From contig JBJBDC010000001.1 of the NCBI GenBank assembly GCA_047285535.1, forward strand, positions 1,344,136-1,408,135: 64,000 bases of DNA. The letters run 5' to 3'. The first letter of the stretch is position 1. Each line of letters opens with the position of its first letter. Below the pieces are notes generated by a model, which had not been told where the DNA came from, made no database searches, and saw only the letters and a list, made by a program, of their open reading frames with translations. Below are positions 42,712-54,520 of the stretch, piece after piece. The position numbers and the translations under genes are program-made. This DNA is from Synechococcus sp. (GTDB lineage: Bacteria; Cyanobacteriota; Cyanobacteriia; PCC-6307; Cyanobiaceae).

Positions 42712-42751
42712 CCATAAGCCAGCAAGCAAACGGTGAGGTTATGGTCCTGGT

Positions 42752-42928
42752 ATGAGCGATTCCGGAGTGCTGTTTTTCATACTCCTGGCTGCAATGGCTG
42801 CAACCATGACTTTGGTCTACGTTCCGCTCCGCATTTACCTAACAGCGACGGAACGGAGTCGGAGATTGAAGTTGCTGCAGCGTATCCGCAGCTTGAGAGA
42901 AGCACTAGGTCAGCCTCTTCAGGGCTGA
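42752..42928 (+). CDS. Small hypothetical membrane protein (58 aa)
   Basis: Not in ORF track; MSDSGVLFFILLAAMAATMTLVYVPLRIYLTATERSRRLKLLQRIRSLREALGQPLQG; one TM plus basic helix; stops 3 nt from the fabG stop. Confidence 0.7.
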   Translation: MSDSGVLFFILLAAMAATMTLVYVPLRIYLTATERSRRLKLLQRIRSLREALGQPLQG

Positions 42929-42931
42929 GCC

Positions 42932-43684
42932 TCAACTCATCACCATCCCACCATCAACCTGTATGACTTGCCCGGTGATGTAGGAGGCAGCTGAGTCTGC
43001 TGCCAAGAACCTCACTGTTCCAGCCACCTGTTCGGGCGTACCAAACCGGCGCAAAGGAATTGCTTCGAGAATTCCATCCGCTTCAAGATCTTTTGTCATA
43101 TCGGTGGCAATAAAACCTGGCGCCACCGCATTCACCGTAATTCCACGGCTCGCCATCTCCTTCGCGCAACTGCGTGTTAATCCAACGACTCCAGCTTTGG
43201 CTGCTGCGTAATTGGATTGTCCTGCATTTCCCATCAATCCAACCACCGAGGTGATGTTGATAATGCGACCACTTCTCTGTTTCAACATTGGGCGTGTCAC
43301 AGCCCTTGTACACAGAAACACTCCGGTGAGATTGAGATTAACAACCGCCTGCCAATCCTCGGTTTTCATCCTCATCAACAAGCCATCTCGAGTAATCCCC
43401 GCGTTATTGACCAGCACATCGATACGTTCACTGCGCTTCAACACCGTTTGAATCAAGTCCTCAACGGACGCCTCATCAGCCACATCAGCTTGAAGGGCAT
43501 AGGCAGAACCACCACTAGCCTTTATCTCAGCCACCACAGCCTCAGCCGCCTCAGGAGAACTCGCATAATTCACCACCACCTCAGCACCCTCACCAGCCAA
43601 AGCCAATGCCACTGCACGTCCAATGCCACGACTTGCACCAGTGACCAAGGCCGTTTGCCCGTGAAGAGAAGTGGATGGACTCAT
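42932..43684 (-). CDS. fabG: 3-oxoacyl-ACP reductase
   Basis: [36 protein letters not shown]. Confidence 0.95.
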   Translation of the reverse strand: MSPSTSLHGQTALVTGASRGIGRAVALALAGEGAEVVVNYASSPEAAEAVVAEIKASGGSAYALQADVADEASVEDLIQTVLKRSERIDVLVNNAGITRDGLLMRMKTEDWQAVVNLNLTGVFLCTRAVTRPMLKQRSGRIINITSVVGLMGNAGQSNYAAAKAGVVGLTRSCAKEMASRGITVNAVAPGFIATDMTKDLEADGILEAIPLRRFGTPEQVAGTVRFLAADSAASYITGQVIQVDGGMVMS

Positions 43685-43747
43685 GAAACAGTGCTTTTAG
43701 ATCGTGTGATCGTAGGGATCGTTGGCCCTTTTGGTCATCAATTCCAG

Positions 43748-44839
43748 CTATGCACCTCGCATCGTTTCAATCGTGTCGATGGCATCACCGAGCAGACTGC
43801 GGAATAACTCAAGCTGCTTCTGGCTGCCCATGACCACCAGCAGCTGACCCGGGCCAAGCCGTTCTCCACCACTGGGATTTCCTTTCAGGGAGCTGCCGTC
43901 ACGGATGGCCAGCACCATCGCCCCACTTCGACGGCCCAACTGGAGTTCAGACAAGCTCTTACTGGTCAGGTGCCCTACCAACTTGGGATCACGACTTAAC
44001 TGAAATTCCTCGATTTCGAATTCCGACCCAGACAAGAGATCCATAAAATCAACCGCCAAGGGTCTAAGAGCTGTGGCGGCCATCACCCGACCTCCAGCGA
44101 CATAAGGACTCACCACAACACTGGCACCAGCAAGTTCGAGCTTTGCAGCTGCTTCTTCGCCATCTGCTCGAGCAATCAAACGGCATCCAGGTTCCAAACC
44201 ACGGGCACTCAGAGTGACGTAAAGATTGGCAGCGTCGCTAGGCAGGGCTGCCACCAAACTGCGACATCGATTCAGTCCAGCTTCCAATAGGGTCTCATCG
44301 AGTGTGGCATCTGCTTGAAGCACCGGCAGACCGCGCTCTTCAGCCGCCTGTCGACGAGACGAATCCATTTCCACCACAAGCACCGGAACGGTTTCCAGCA
44401 ACAGTTGTTCAGCAATCTCACGACCAATGCGGCCATAGCCACAGAGAATCACATGGTTGTCCATACGCCGTAGGTTTCGGCGAAACCTCAACTCCCCTAG
44501 CTTGCGGAAGTATCCAGATTCTGTCAGCCCAAGAATCCTTTGAATCGAGAGCTGAACCACCACAATGCCCCCTGCAACAATCAAAACCGTCACGAGTCGC
44601 CCGGCCTGGGAGAGAGGCTCGACTTCGCCATAACCGATGGTGCTGATTGTGATCAGCACCATCCACAAGCAATCTCCCCAGTCCCAACCCTCTGTGATCC
44701 GATAACCAATGGCTCCACCCACAATCACAACAGCAAGGGCCATGACTGGTAAAAGCCAAGGGCTAGCCAGCTGGCGCAGCTGAGGGCGATAGAACAAAAG
44801 GCGACGACGATGTTGGGATCTCCGTCGTGGCCTTTTCAT
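43748..44839 (-). CDS. Potassium channel with RCK (TrkA-N/C) domains
   Basis: Selectivity filter TISTIGYG; RCK GYGRIG; TrkA-C domain. Confidence 0.92.
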   Translation of the reverse strand: MKRPRRRSQHRRRLLFYRPQLRQLASPWLLPVMALAVVIVGGAIGYRITEGWDWGDCLWMVLITISTIGYGEVEPLSQAGRLVTVLIVAGGIVVVQLSIQRILGLTESGYFRKLGELRFRRNLRRMDNHVILCGYGRIGREIAEQLLLETVPVLVVEMDSSRRQAAEERGLPVLQADATLDETLLEAGLNRCRSLVAALPSDAANLYVTLSARGLEPGCRLIARADGEEAAAKLELAGASVVVSPYVAGGRVMAATALRPLAVDFMDLLSGSEFEIEEFQLSRDPKLVGHLTSKSLSELQLGRRSGAMVLAIRDGSSLKGNPSGGERLGPGQLLVVMGSQKQLELFRSLLGDAIDTIETMRGA

Positions 44840-45669
44840 CAGAAGCCCATCGCCGCCAAAACGTCGTCTTCAGACAGCGACCGGAGATCGTCACCCCCTA
44901 AAGAGCGAATCACGTCTCGCTTCGGTAATTGATCATCCGCAATTCCCAGTGCAACCAGCGGCACACCGCAGAATGTCGCCAAAAGACTAGTCACAGGACA
45001 ACTAGTCAAAACCACATCAGCACTAGCAATTTGCGCTGCCCTTTCTGAAACAGCAGCGTTTTCGCCGAGATGAATCGTGCGTAAACCAGGAAGCTTGTCC
45101 TTGATCGTGAGAGGTAACTGCTTCCATCGTTCTGATGGCCAATCCTGCTCCGTCGCAGCTGGTTCCAACAGCAGCAATGGCCCATCTCCCTTCGGCTGAC
45201 GTTCGCGAGCGTTCTTCATCAACCTCGCAGACAAGGTGATTCGAAAGGCTGCAGCATCTAATTTCAGGCCAATAGGAGCCAAAAATCCTGAGAGTCGTTG
45301 CGCACTCCAGCCCTCAGACTTGCTGACAAAAGCAGTTGAAGCAAATCCAGTCTCTGCAACCCGCGTTGGAATGTGACTCATCGAAAGCATCAAGTTCACC
45401 TGGCGTCCCTCAGCAAAATTGAGACAAACCTGGAAGTCAGGTTCTCGAATCGAACCAAGAAGATTGGCCCAATCAGCCATGTTCAGATCGGAGTCAAAGT
45501 CAAAAGGAATGATCTTTTCGACAGCAGGGAGCAACGTCCATAGCGATCGATAGGCAGGGGAACAAGCCACTTGGATCGCAGCACCTAGCTCATTGGCGCA
45601 TGCTGCCAGCGCAGGCATACGCTCAAGCTGCTGTTGGGCTGTGCCTGGGCTTAAGACGAGAACACGCAT
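44839..45669 (-). CDS. GT9-like (heptosyltransferase-fold) protein, divergent
   Basis: MRVLVL N-terminus, LLPAVEKIIPF, DWPSERW, A.GVPLVAL. Confidence 0.65.
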   Translation of the reverse strand: MRVLVLSPGTAQQQLERMPALAACANELGAAIQVACSPAYRSLWTLLPAVEKIIPFDFDSDLNMADWANLLGSIREPDFQVCLNFAEGRQVNLMLSMSHIPTRVAETGFASTAFVSKSEGWSAQRLSGFLAPIGLKLDAAAFRITLSARLMKNARERQPKGDGPLLLLEPAATEQDWPSERWKQLPLTIKDKLPGLRTIHLGENAAVSERAAQIASADVVLTSCPVTSLLATFCGVPLVALGIADDQLPKRDVIRSLGGDDLRSLSEDDVLAAMGF

Positions 45670-45741
45670 AAAACAACAGCACAAGTGGTGCGAGCTGATT
45701 GTATGGAGGACGTTTCACCTTGCTGAAAACAGGAGTCGCTT

Positions 45742-46419
45742 GTGCATCTGTTGATCGCAGCCGCAGGTAGTGGACGGCGCATGGGGGCTGACCGCAACAA
45801 ACTGCTGTTGCCTCTCCTCGGTCAGCCCGTTCTGGCTTGGACTCTGCAGGCAGCTCTTAAAGCTGAAAAGATCCGCTGGATCGGACTTATTGGTCAGGAG
45901 ATTGACCGTTCCGCGATTCTCGATTTAGTAGGCCCCACATCAAAGCCTGTCGTTTGGATTACGGGAGGAGACACGCGTCAGGAGTCTGTGGAGCGAGGGC
46001 TGGCTGGGCTGCCCGACGATGCTCGTCATGTTCTTATCCATGATGGTGCTCGCTGTCTCGCCTTACCCGAATTATTTAACCGCTGTGCAAAAGCAGTTCT
46101 CAGCGGCAAAGCGGTCATTGCTGCGACGCCGGTGACCGACACGATCAAACAAGTCGATGAATCAGGTCAAATCAAAGCGACACCGAGACGCTCCGAGCTC
46201 TGGGCCGCCCAGACACCCCAAGGTTTTGCAGTGGAGGAACTCCGCAAGGGGCATCGTGAAGCCCGTGCAGGAGGCTGGAGTGTCACAGATGACGCCGCGC
46301 TCTATGAACTCTTGGGATGGCCAGTGAATGTTCTTGATGCTGGCCCCTCCAACATCAAAGTCACGACCCCTTTTGATCTCACTGTGGCTGCAGCAGTGCT
46401 GGCTGAACGCCATGGTTAG
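45742..46419 (+). CDS. ispD: 2-C-methyl-D-erythritol 4-phosphate cytidylyltransferase
   Basis: [42 protein letters not shown]. Confidence 0.96.
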   Translation: MHLLIAAAGSGRRMGADRNKLLLPLLGQPVLAWTLQAALKAEKIRWIGLIGQEIDRSAILDLVGPTSKPVVWITGGDTRQESVERGLAGLPDDARHVLIHDGARCLALPELFNRCAKAVLSGKAVIAATPVTDTIKQVDESGQIKATPRRSELWAAQTPQGFAVEELRKGHREARAGGWSVTDDAALYELLGWPVNVLDAGPSNIKVTTPFDLTVAAAVLAERHG

Positions 46420-47314
46420 AACTCAGACTCAAAACACCCTGATCGCCATTCAGGATCGCAATGGAACCAACTGGCAGAGCAGCATTCCCCCCCTGCCCGT
46501 GCCCCACAAGAAGATTTCCAACGACGGGGATGCCCAAGTCTTCGGTGCGCTCCCGCAGCACCTCCTCCAATCGGAAGCCACCAGAAGCGGAGTCGTCATC
46601 GCAGCCAAGAAATCGACCAAATGCAATACCAGCTAGCGATTGGAGCAGCCCTGCTAACCGCCACTGCGTCAGCATGCGATCAATGCGATAGGGGGCTTCC
46701 CCGATGTCCTCGATGACCAAAACAACATTGCTCAAATCAGGCAGAAAAAGACTTCCAATCAAATGAGTGGCCACAGTTAAATTCACTACTAATAAAGGCC
46801 CTACGGCTACACCCCCCGTCCATCTCTCTCCTTTGAGAACTGGAAGAGGATGGCCAAAAAGCAAATCATGGAGTCTCTGCTGACTCCACTCCGGTTCGTC
46901 CGCGAGTGTGGTGATCAACGGGCCATGAACACCTCCGCTTATCCCTGCGGCCATACGAGCACAGAGCAAGGCCGTCACATCCGAGAAACCCAGCAGCCAG
47001 CCGGGTTGCCAGGTCACCGGTTGCTCCAAAATCCTGGCAGCTCCCCATCCACCCCTTGCACAGGCAAGGAGTGGCGCATGCGGAATGGCATGAAGATCGC
47101 GCCGACGCTCCTCGTCACGTCCAGCCAAATATCCCCAACGTCGCTGGCTGATCACATCCGGACGGATCCGCAACCCCCAGCTCTCCAAAATCGACACCCC
47201 TCGAAGGAGGCACTCCGTATTGTCCAAAGCAGAGCTGAACGCCACGATGGAGACTTCATCACCGATCTGAAGAGGTGAAAGCGCCAATGCTGAACCCTCT
47301 CTGTTTTCCATCAC
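46379..47314 (-). CDS. LD-carboxypeptidase (peptidase S66)
   Basis: [31 protein letters not shown]. Confidence 0.9.
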   Translation of the reverse strand: MMENREGSALALSPLQIGDEVSIVAFSSALDNTECLLRGVSILESWGLRIRPDVISQRRWGYLAGRDEERRRDLHAIPHAPLLACARGGWGAARILEQPVTWQPGWLLGFSDVTALLCARMAAGISGGVHGPLITTLADEPEWSQQRLHDLLFGHPLPVLKGERWTGGVAVGPLLVVNLTVATHLIGSLFLPDLSNVVLVIEDIGEAPYRIDRMLTQWRLAGLLQSLAGIAFGRFLGCDDDSASGGFRLEEVLRERTEDLGIPVVGNLLVGHGQGGNAALPVGSIAILNGDQGVLSLSSNHGVQPALLQPQ

Positions 47315-48222
47315 CCCAGCCGCCCGAGAACGAGTCCGAACAACAACAGTGCTCCCAGACGAACTTGATGACTGAAATGAATGCCATACGTCGACATTGG
47401 CTGCTGTTCAAAACTTTTCAAAGCCCTGGTTTCACGCTGCATGCCATAGGAAACAACCAACCAGAAAGGCCAAAAGATGGCTCCAATTCCTGCGAAGGCT
47501 GCGGCAAGAGCGAGGGCCAGCATCGACAACGCATAGGTGAGAGCGACAACACGCAGAACGGACGGGCCAAGGGTGAGCGCACTACTCCTTAGAGCCATCC
47601 GGGCATCATCCGGTCGATCAGCCATCGCGTAAACAGTGTCGAAAGAAAACGTCCACAGCAGCGTGGCAACCCAGCACCCCGCCAGAGTCCAGCCTCCATC
47701 TAGAGCCCCGGTTTGCGCCGCCCAGGGAATCAATACCGAGAAGCCCCAGCAAAGCGCCAAGAGTGCTTGAGGGTAAGCGAACCAACGCTTCGCCGATGGA
47801 TAGATCAAGATCGGCGGTAAGGCAAGACAGGCCAACAACAAGCAGATGTTGCGTACCGAATCCGACAAACTCAGCACCACAGCCAGGCTGATCACGAGCA
47901 AGACCAACAAGACAACGATGGCCTGCACAATGGTCAAACTGCCCTGGGCTAACGGTCGCTGCTTGGTACGTTCAACATTGCGATCAATGCGTCGATCCCA
48001 CAAATCATTGGCGATACATCCCGCTCCGCTCACAGCCAGGCCACCGAGCACGATCATCAGCACGAGGGACAGGGAAGGGGGTGCGTTTGGAGTGAGCCAG
48101 AGACTCCAGCCTGCTGGAATCAACAAAATCAATCTTCCGCTGGGTTTGTTCCAACGCAAAAGTGCGACCCATGGAACCAGGGATTGGCGAAACAACATGC
48201 GGTGCTCGGACCTGTTCGACAC
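47311..48222 (-). CDS. ubiA: 4-hydroxybenzoate polyprenyltransferase (plastoquinone pathway)
   Basis: RWNKP.G, NDLWDRRID..VERT..RPL, YP..KR, DTVYAMADRPDD. Confidence 0.92.
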   Translation of the reverse strand: MSNRSEHRMLFRQSLVPWVALLRWNKPSGRLILLIPAGWSLWLTPNAPPSLSLVLMIVLGGLAVSGAGCIANDLWDRRIDRNVERTKQRPLAQGSLTIVQAIVVLLVLLVISLAVVLSLSDSVRNICLLLACLALPPILIYPSAKRWFAYPQALLALCWGFSVLIPWAAQTGALDGGWTLAGCWVATLLWTFSFDTVYAMADRPDDARMALRSSALTLGPSVLRVVALTYALSMLALALAAAFAGIGAIFWPFWLVVSYGMQRETRALKSFEQQPMSTYGIHFSHQVRLGALLLFGLVLGRLG

Positions 48223-48298
48223 AAAAACTTCGTTTTGGAAACCCTAAGCAGACGCTCCTGTCACCTGCCGATGGCAGAGTGGAAGCGCTTTCAGCACG

Positions 48299-49909
48299 GT
48301 GCTTGAGGTGACATCAGGGCCGAGCTTTCAAAACGGTCGACCCTTGAGGAAAGTTGCCGCTATTGACATCGGCACCAATTCCACTCATTTACTGGTTGCA
48401 TCAGTCGATCCGGAGCTTCGGACCTTCAGCATTGAACTTGCTGAAAAGTCCACCACGCGATTAGGGGAAAGAGATCCTGAAACAGGGGATCTTTCCAAGG
48501 AAGCGATTCATCGTGGGCTCGAAGCACTTCGACGTTTTCAAGAGCTTGCTCTTAGTCATCAGGTTGAACAAATTGTCACCGCAGCTACGAGTGCTGTGCG
48601 TGAGGCCCCAAATGGTCGAGAGTTTTTGCAAGCGATTCAAGATCAGTTAGGTCTTGAAGTTGATCTTGTCAGTGGTTCAGAAGAAGCGCGCTTGATCTAC
48701 CTGGGTGTGTTGTCTGGCATGCCCTTCGGAGATCGTCCGCATCTTGTATTGGACATCGGCGGCGGATCCACAGAATTAATTCTTGCGGATGGTCGTGATG
48801 CTCGCGCACTCACCAGCACCAGGGTTGGCGCCGTGCGACTCCAACGGGATTTTGTCAAAGACGACCCGATGCCACCGCAGCGTCGCACCTTTCTGAAGGC
48901 TTTTATTCAAGGGTCACTCGAGCCCGCGATCAACAAAGTTCAGCGACGGATCAAGCCCGAAGAACACCCAGTGATGGTGGCCACCAGTGGCACCGCGTTA
49001 GCAATCGGATCTTTAGTCGCCAGTGATGATGATCATCCACCGTTAAAACTCCACGGATATCGAATCACCCGCCAACGGCTCGATCGTGTGGTTGATCGTT
49101 TGGTCGTCTTGGCACCAGACCAACGAAAAGCGTTGGCACCCATCAATGATCGGCGTGCCGAGATCATTGTTCCAGGTGCATTAATTCTGCAAACCAGCAT
49201 GCAAATGCTTGGTGCCAAGGAGCTGGTCCTCAGTGAAAGAGCACTCCGCGAAGGACTCATCGTTGATTGGATGTTGCGTCATGGTCTGCTTGAAGACCGT
49301 TTCAGCTTTCAAAGCAGCATCCGACAGCGCACAGTGATTCATCAGGTGCAACGTTTTGCTGTCAATCAACAACGAGCCGAGAGGGTGGCTTCTCATGCAC
49401 TAACACTCTTCGACAATACAAAAAAACATTTGCACCGTAACGACGGCTCAGGACGAGAGCTCCTATGGGCCGCATCAATGCTTCACGCCTGCGGGCAACA
49501 CATCAATCTCAACGCTTATCACAAGCACTCTTGGTACCTAATCCGTCACGGAGAACTTCTGGGGTATTCAGAAGCAGAACATCTGATGGTTGCTGCCATC
49601 GCGCGCTATCACCGCCGCAGCCTTCCCAAAAAAAGACATGAGTCATGGCAGGCGCTTCAAACCCGCGACAATCGAAGAACAGTGTCTGAGATGGCCTTGC
49701 TACTAAGACTTGCGGTTGCCTTAGATCGTCGACCAGAGCCAGTGGTGAAAAGCCTGCTCGTTCATGTCAAGCGTGATGATTTGGTCATCAAACTCATAAG
49801 GGAAAGTCAAAATCAGAATCTCAGTCTCGAGCAATGGAGCTTGGAAAGCTGTGCCCAGATCTTGCAGGAGGTTTCTGGTATGAACTTGAAAGTCATCGTT
49901 GAGGAGTGA
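48299..49909 (+). CDS. ppx: Ppx/GppA exopolyphosphatase
   Basis: IDIGTNS, ATSAVREA.N, EEARL, DIGGGSTE, ALREG. Confidence 0.93.
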   Translation: MLEVTSGPSFQNGRPLRKVAAIDIGTNSTHLLVASVDPELRTFSIELAEKSTTRLGERDPETGDLSKEAIHRGLEALRRFQELALSHQVEQIVTAATSAVREAPNGREFLQAIQDQLGLEVDLVSGSEEARLIYLGVLSGMPFGDRPHLVLDIGGGSTELILADGRDARALTSTRVGAVRLQRDFVKDDPMPPQRRTFLKAFIQGSLEPAINKVQRRIKPEEHPVMVATSGTALAIGSLVASDDDHPPLKLHGYRITRQRLDRVVDRLVVLAPDQRKALAPINDRRAEIIVPGALILQTSMQMLGAKELVLSERALREGLIVDWMLRHGLLEDRFSFQSSIRQRTVIHQVQRFAVNQQRAERVASHALTLFDNTKKHLHRNDGSGRELLWAASMLHACGQHINLNAYHKHSWYLIRHGELLGYSEAEHLMVAAIARYHRRSLPKKRHESWQALQTRDNRRTVSEMALLLRLAVALDRRPEPVVKSLLVHVKRDDLVIKLIRESQNQNLSLEQWSLESCAQILQEVSGMNLKVIVEE

Positions 49910-50723
49910 TGGCGTACCAACGCAGCTGATCAATAACGCCCAATGCACGAGGCGACTTATCTCCTTGGCTTAATTGAACTAAATCAGGTCTTCCAGCAAA
50001 AATTTCAAGATCCTGATCGCCATCAAAATGTCTCTGTTCGCTGAGAGTGCCTTCAAAGATCACCTCTCCACTGCCGTTCCGAATGGACACCCAGCTCGGT
50101 TGGGAGCTGGAAATCGATATCTCTGCTGACTTCTGTTTGCCAGGATCTACGTCTACATCGATTGGTGGAGCGACATCGGATACTGGAGTGGCTTCGATCA
50201 CAGGCGGGTAAGGCAAAGCCTTGGTCTCAACAGTTTCTGTTGACTGACGATTTGCATGAAAGGCCATTGCGCTAATTACTGTTATTGCCGTTATCGCTAC
50301 AGGAATGGCTGCTTTTTTGAGTATGCGGCGAAGTGGAGCTGCTTCATCCCGTTTTGGTGATGAACGAGTACCAGCAGAGCGCTCAGGCATCAAACGCCTT
50401 GAGAGAGTTGCATCCTTCTCCCTGGACTGAGATTGAAATTGTTGAACAATTGGAACTGGATCTAATCCCAATTTCTCGGAAACTCTTCGAAGCATCCCGC
50501 AAATAAAGACGGGCTCGGGGAGATTTCTACGGTCTCCATTCTCTAAAGCTTCGAGCTGCTCTCTGCCCATATGGAGCGAATCAGCCAGGTCGCAGGAAGA
50601 CAGGCCTGATTTTTCTCGCTCATCTTTTAAGACTCTGCCTATTGAGACGAGTTCGTCATGGCTTGATTCCGAATTAGCGATATTTTTCTGCGCTTCTGCC
50701 ATGCCAACCCATGCCTGAAACAT
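49893..50723 (-). CDS. RodZ-like HTH membrane protein
   Basis: N-terminal HTH (L...REK.GLS, ALENG..LPEPVF..G), single TM, C-terminal SWVSI..G.V.FEG. Confidence 0.8.
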   Translation of the reverse strand: MFQAWVGMAEAQKNIANSESSHDELVSIGRVLKDEREKSGLSSCDLADSLHMGREQLEALENGDRRNLPEPVFICGMLRRVSEKLGLDPVPIVQQFQSQSREKDATLSRRLMPERSAGTRSSPKRDEAAPLRRILKKAAIPVAITAITVISAMAFHANRQSTETVETKALPYPPVIEATPVSDVAPPIDVDVDPGKQKSAEISISSSQPSWVSIRNGSGEVIFEGTLSEQRHFDGDQDLEIFAGRPDLVQLSQGDKSPRALGVIDQLRWYAITPQR

Positions 50724-50769
50724 TGGGTCAGTGTAGTTGAGTCATCAGACTTTGGTAGTCAAATTCACA

Positions 50770-50798
50770 ACTTCCCTCAGAAAACAACGGAGGGAAGC
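50770..50798 (-). terminator. Stem-loop downstream of tRNA-Val
   Basis: Perfect 8-bp CTTCCCTC/GAGGGAAG stem, 11-nt loop, weak U-tail on - strand. Confidence 0.55.
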
Positions 50799-50820
50799 AT
50801 CAAGCTAAATGATTCAAAAA

Positions 50821-51682
<862 letters not shown>

Positions 51683-51686
<4 letters not shown>

Positions 51687-52549
51687 GACTTCCCTAAAGT
51701 TGTTAAACCTGGATCAGGTAAAGATTGTCTTTTCCCGTAGATCCAAAATAAGCCGAAAGCAGCAATCAACATCAATATCATGCTCATGAGTTGAGCGATT
51801 CTCAATCCTCCATCACAAAATGGTGGAAGTCCGCCTAAGCAGAGCGGGTCAATTCGAAGCCCTTCAATCCATACACGGCCAAGGCTGTAGCAGAGCAAGT
51901 AAATGCAACTAATCGCGCCTGGCGGAAGATAGATTCGTCCATTTCTACCCATTCGAAACAACACTAACAAAACAATGAAAATCACCAAATTCCATAGAGA
52001 TTCGTACAGAAACGTAGGGTGGAAAAACTCTGAATCAGCAAAAACCTGGGGACGATTTGGGTAAGAAATAAACAATTTCCAAGGTAGTTGAGTAGGAACA
52101 CCAAAGGCCTCCGAGTTGAAAAAATTCCCCCAGCGGCCAATCGCCTGACCAAGAATCACTGATGGCATCAACACGTCAAGCAAATTCCAGAATGAAACTT
52201 TTCTCCAGCGACAGAACAAAACAACTGAGACTATTCCTCCCAACAATGCTCCATGAATGGCAATTCCACCTTGCCAAATGGCAAACACGTCCCACCAAGA
52301 ATTTTGATAGGAACGCCATTCAAAAGCCACATAGTAAAGACGTGCTCCAAGAATGGCTGCAAGAACTAAAATTGGCAAAAGATCGCTAATCAGTCCTGTC
52401 TCTAGATGTCTTTGCTTTGCCAGCCAACTAGACAGATTGAGACCAATCAGAACAGCCAGAGCAATGAGCAGCCCATACCATCGCAAAGTAATAGGCCCGA
52501 ACTGCAAAAGTTCGGGCCCTGGTGAAGTAAATACAGCAGAAACGATCAC
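51683..52549 (-). CDS. lgt: Prolipoprotein diacylglyceryl transferase
   Basis: [36 protein letters not shown]. Confidence 0.96.
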
Positions 52550-52554
52550 TTCGA

Positions 52555-53487
52555 TCAGACACCTTCAGCAGCTTGAACCTTCTCAACCTGCTTTTTCTTC
52601 AGAACGAGCAGGATTTGTGCCAAAGCAACAGCTGCAAAGAAGGCCAGCATGCCATAAATCCGGACAGGATTTTGAAGGACGACCTCAGTATCAAGCTGAC
52701 CAAATCCACCCACATTTGGATCGTTAGTTATTGGTGCACCAGCTTCAACACTATCGCCAACTGAAACAAGAAGAGCAGGACCAACAGGAATGGTCTCGGT
52801 GATCTCAGAACCATCTGCAGCTGTCACCGTGATGAGACTCGCTCCATTGTCACCAGCCTCGATAGCGCTCACAGACCCAGATGCAGGAGCTGTAAAGACG
52901 GTGTTGTTACTCTTTTCGCCTGTTGGATAGACCTGTCCGCGACCACGGTTGCCGCCGACATGAATGGAATATTTACCAAAACTGATGCTGCTATCAATCG
53001 CGGGATCCGGAGAAAGGACTGGAAACACGATCTCCTGATGCTCGTCACCTGGGATCGGTCCAACCAGGATCACATTGGGTTGATCGTCGCTGTACTGGGT
53101 GAAATAAACACCTGCTGTCTCTTCTTTAATTTCATCGGTCCAACGATCCTGAGGAGCGAGGGTGAATCCATCAGGGAGCATGACAACAGCTCCAACCTGT
53201 AATGGAACTTGACTGCCATCTGCACCAAGCTCCGGAACATCGTTGTTATAGGGAATCTTGACAACAGCTTTGAAGACGCTATCTGGCAAAACGGATTGAG
53301 GAACTTCCGCTTGAGTTAGTTTTTGAGCTAGGTGGCAATTGGCACAAACGATCTTGCCAGTGGCCTCCCGGGGAGAATCATAATTTTGTTGGGCCCAGAA
53401 GGGGTAGGCCCAACTGGCTGATGGTGCACTGAAAACAGCAAAGCCAACAATCAGTGCGGCAAAGGCGAAGGAAAACAGGCGACGCAT
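52555..53487 (-). CDS. petA: Apocytochrome f
   Basis: Signal peptide, YPFWAQQ mature start, [14 protein letters not shown]-terminal TM. Confidence 0.98.
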   Translation of the reverse strand: MRRLFSFAFAALIVGFAVFSAPSASWAYPFWAQQNYDSPREATGKIVCANCHLAQKLTQAEVPQSVLPDSVFKAVVKIPYNNDVPELGADGSQVPLQVGAVVMLPDGFTLAPQDRWTDEIKEETAGVYFTQYSDDQPNVILVGPIPGDEHQEIVFPVLSPDPAIDSSISFGKYSIHVGGNRGRGQVYPTGEKSNNTVFTAPASGSVSAIEAGDNGASLITVTAADGSEITETIPVGPALLVSVGDSVEAGAPITNDPNVGGFGQLDTEVVLQNPVRIYGMLAFFAAVALAQILLVLKKKQVEKVQAAEGV

Positions 53488-53532
53488 GGGAAAGCTGAGG
53501 TAGGGAGAGAGACAGCAAAAATGAGCGGCTGA

Positions 53533-54069
53533 TCAGGACCACCAGGGCTTTTCGCCCGTCCGGAAATCGGTGTCAGTCCACTGACTGACAAAAACGGAGT
53601 CGTTTTCAACGCTGACATTGGCCAATGCCAAAGACAACGGAGCAGGACCGCGAACCACCTTCCCTGTCGAGTCGTACTGACTGCCATGGCAAGGACACAT
53701 GAATTTGTTGGCGCCGCTGTTCCATGGCACGACACAGCCCAAATGGGTGCAAATAGCGTTAATGCCATAGCTACCGATGGCATCGGTTCCTTCCACGATC
53801 AGATAAGTGGGATCACCCTTCAGACCTTGGACCAGACTGCGATCACCCTCCGGATGGGTACTTAGCCATCCGCTTGCCGTGACCGCATTACCGAGCTCAT
53901 CCTTGGCACTGGTGCCACCACCACTGCCGGCTGCCCTGGGCGGAATGAAGTAATTCACTACCGGGTAAAGCGCCCCCAGAGCCACGCCTGTGACGGATCC
54001 GAAGGTCAGCAGATTCATGAACTGCCGACGCCCCATCCCGGGCACATCACTGGCTGGCATCTGAGTCAT
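53533..54069 (-). CDS. petC: Cytochrome b6f Rieske iron-sulfur subunit
   Basis: RRQFMN Tat anchor, CTHLGC and CPCHGS. Confidence 0.98.
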   Translation of the reverse strand: MTQMPASDVPGMGRRQFMNLLTFGSVTGVALGALYPVVNYFIPPRAAGSGGGTSAKDELGNAVTASGWLSTHPEGDRSLVQGLKGDPTYLIVEGTDAIGSYGINAICTHLGCVVPWNSGANKFMCPCHGSQYDSTGKVVRGPAPLSLALANVSVENDSVFVSQWTDTDFRTGEKPWWS

Positions 54070-54151
54070 AGCTGACGCTCAATGAATACTTAATGCGGTC
54101 CATTATGGAGGGTAAAGGTCACGTCACGCTTTGCAACGACTGGGCTTTTAG

Positions 54152-54520
54152 ATGATCCACTCGGCAATTTCCGTGCTTGTAAACCCAACACCCGATCAAA
54201 CCATCACTCCAATAACTGTCGATGAAGCCATCAGCCTCCTGCAAAAACGCTGGCAAGCCAGCTATGACATGCAAATTGCGGTTAGGCACAAACGGATGTA
54301 CCTCCAGGTGATGTGGGGGTATCTGGAGCAACAATCCTTTCCTCTTGACGAACAGGATTACCGCACTCACCTTGCCCATGTCCTTGACGTGGTGAACCGG
54401 TTGGGACAAGCACAAGTCGTGCGTAGTTGGTTAAGTGAAACTCGAGATCGTCCCCGTCTCGGGAAAGCGCTCAGCCTGCAGCTGCAGGGGGAGGGGCGTC
54501 TGGAGGAGTTTCTGCTTTAA
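54152..54520 (+). CDS. DUF3067-family protein
   Basis: W..SYD.Q, YLQVMW.YLEQQSFPL, RPRLGKA.S; divergent from petC. Confidence 0.8.
   Translation: MIHSAISVLVNPTPDQTITPITVDEAISLLQKRWQASYDMQIAVRHKRMYLQVMWGYLEQQSFPLDEQDYRTHLAHVLDVVNRLGQAQVVRSWLSETRDRPRLGKALSLQLQGEGRLEEFLL

Noticed and set aside
42733..42966. 77-aa track ORF next to groEL2
   Set aside because: Overlaps fabG and looks non-protein-like; the 42752..42928 frame is more plausible
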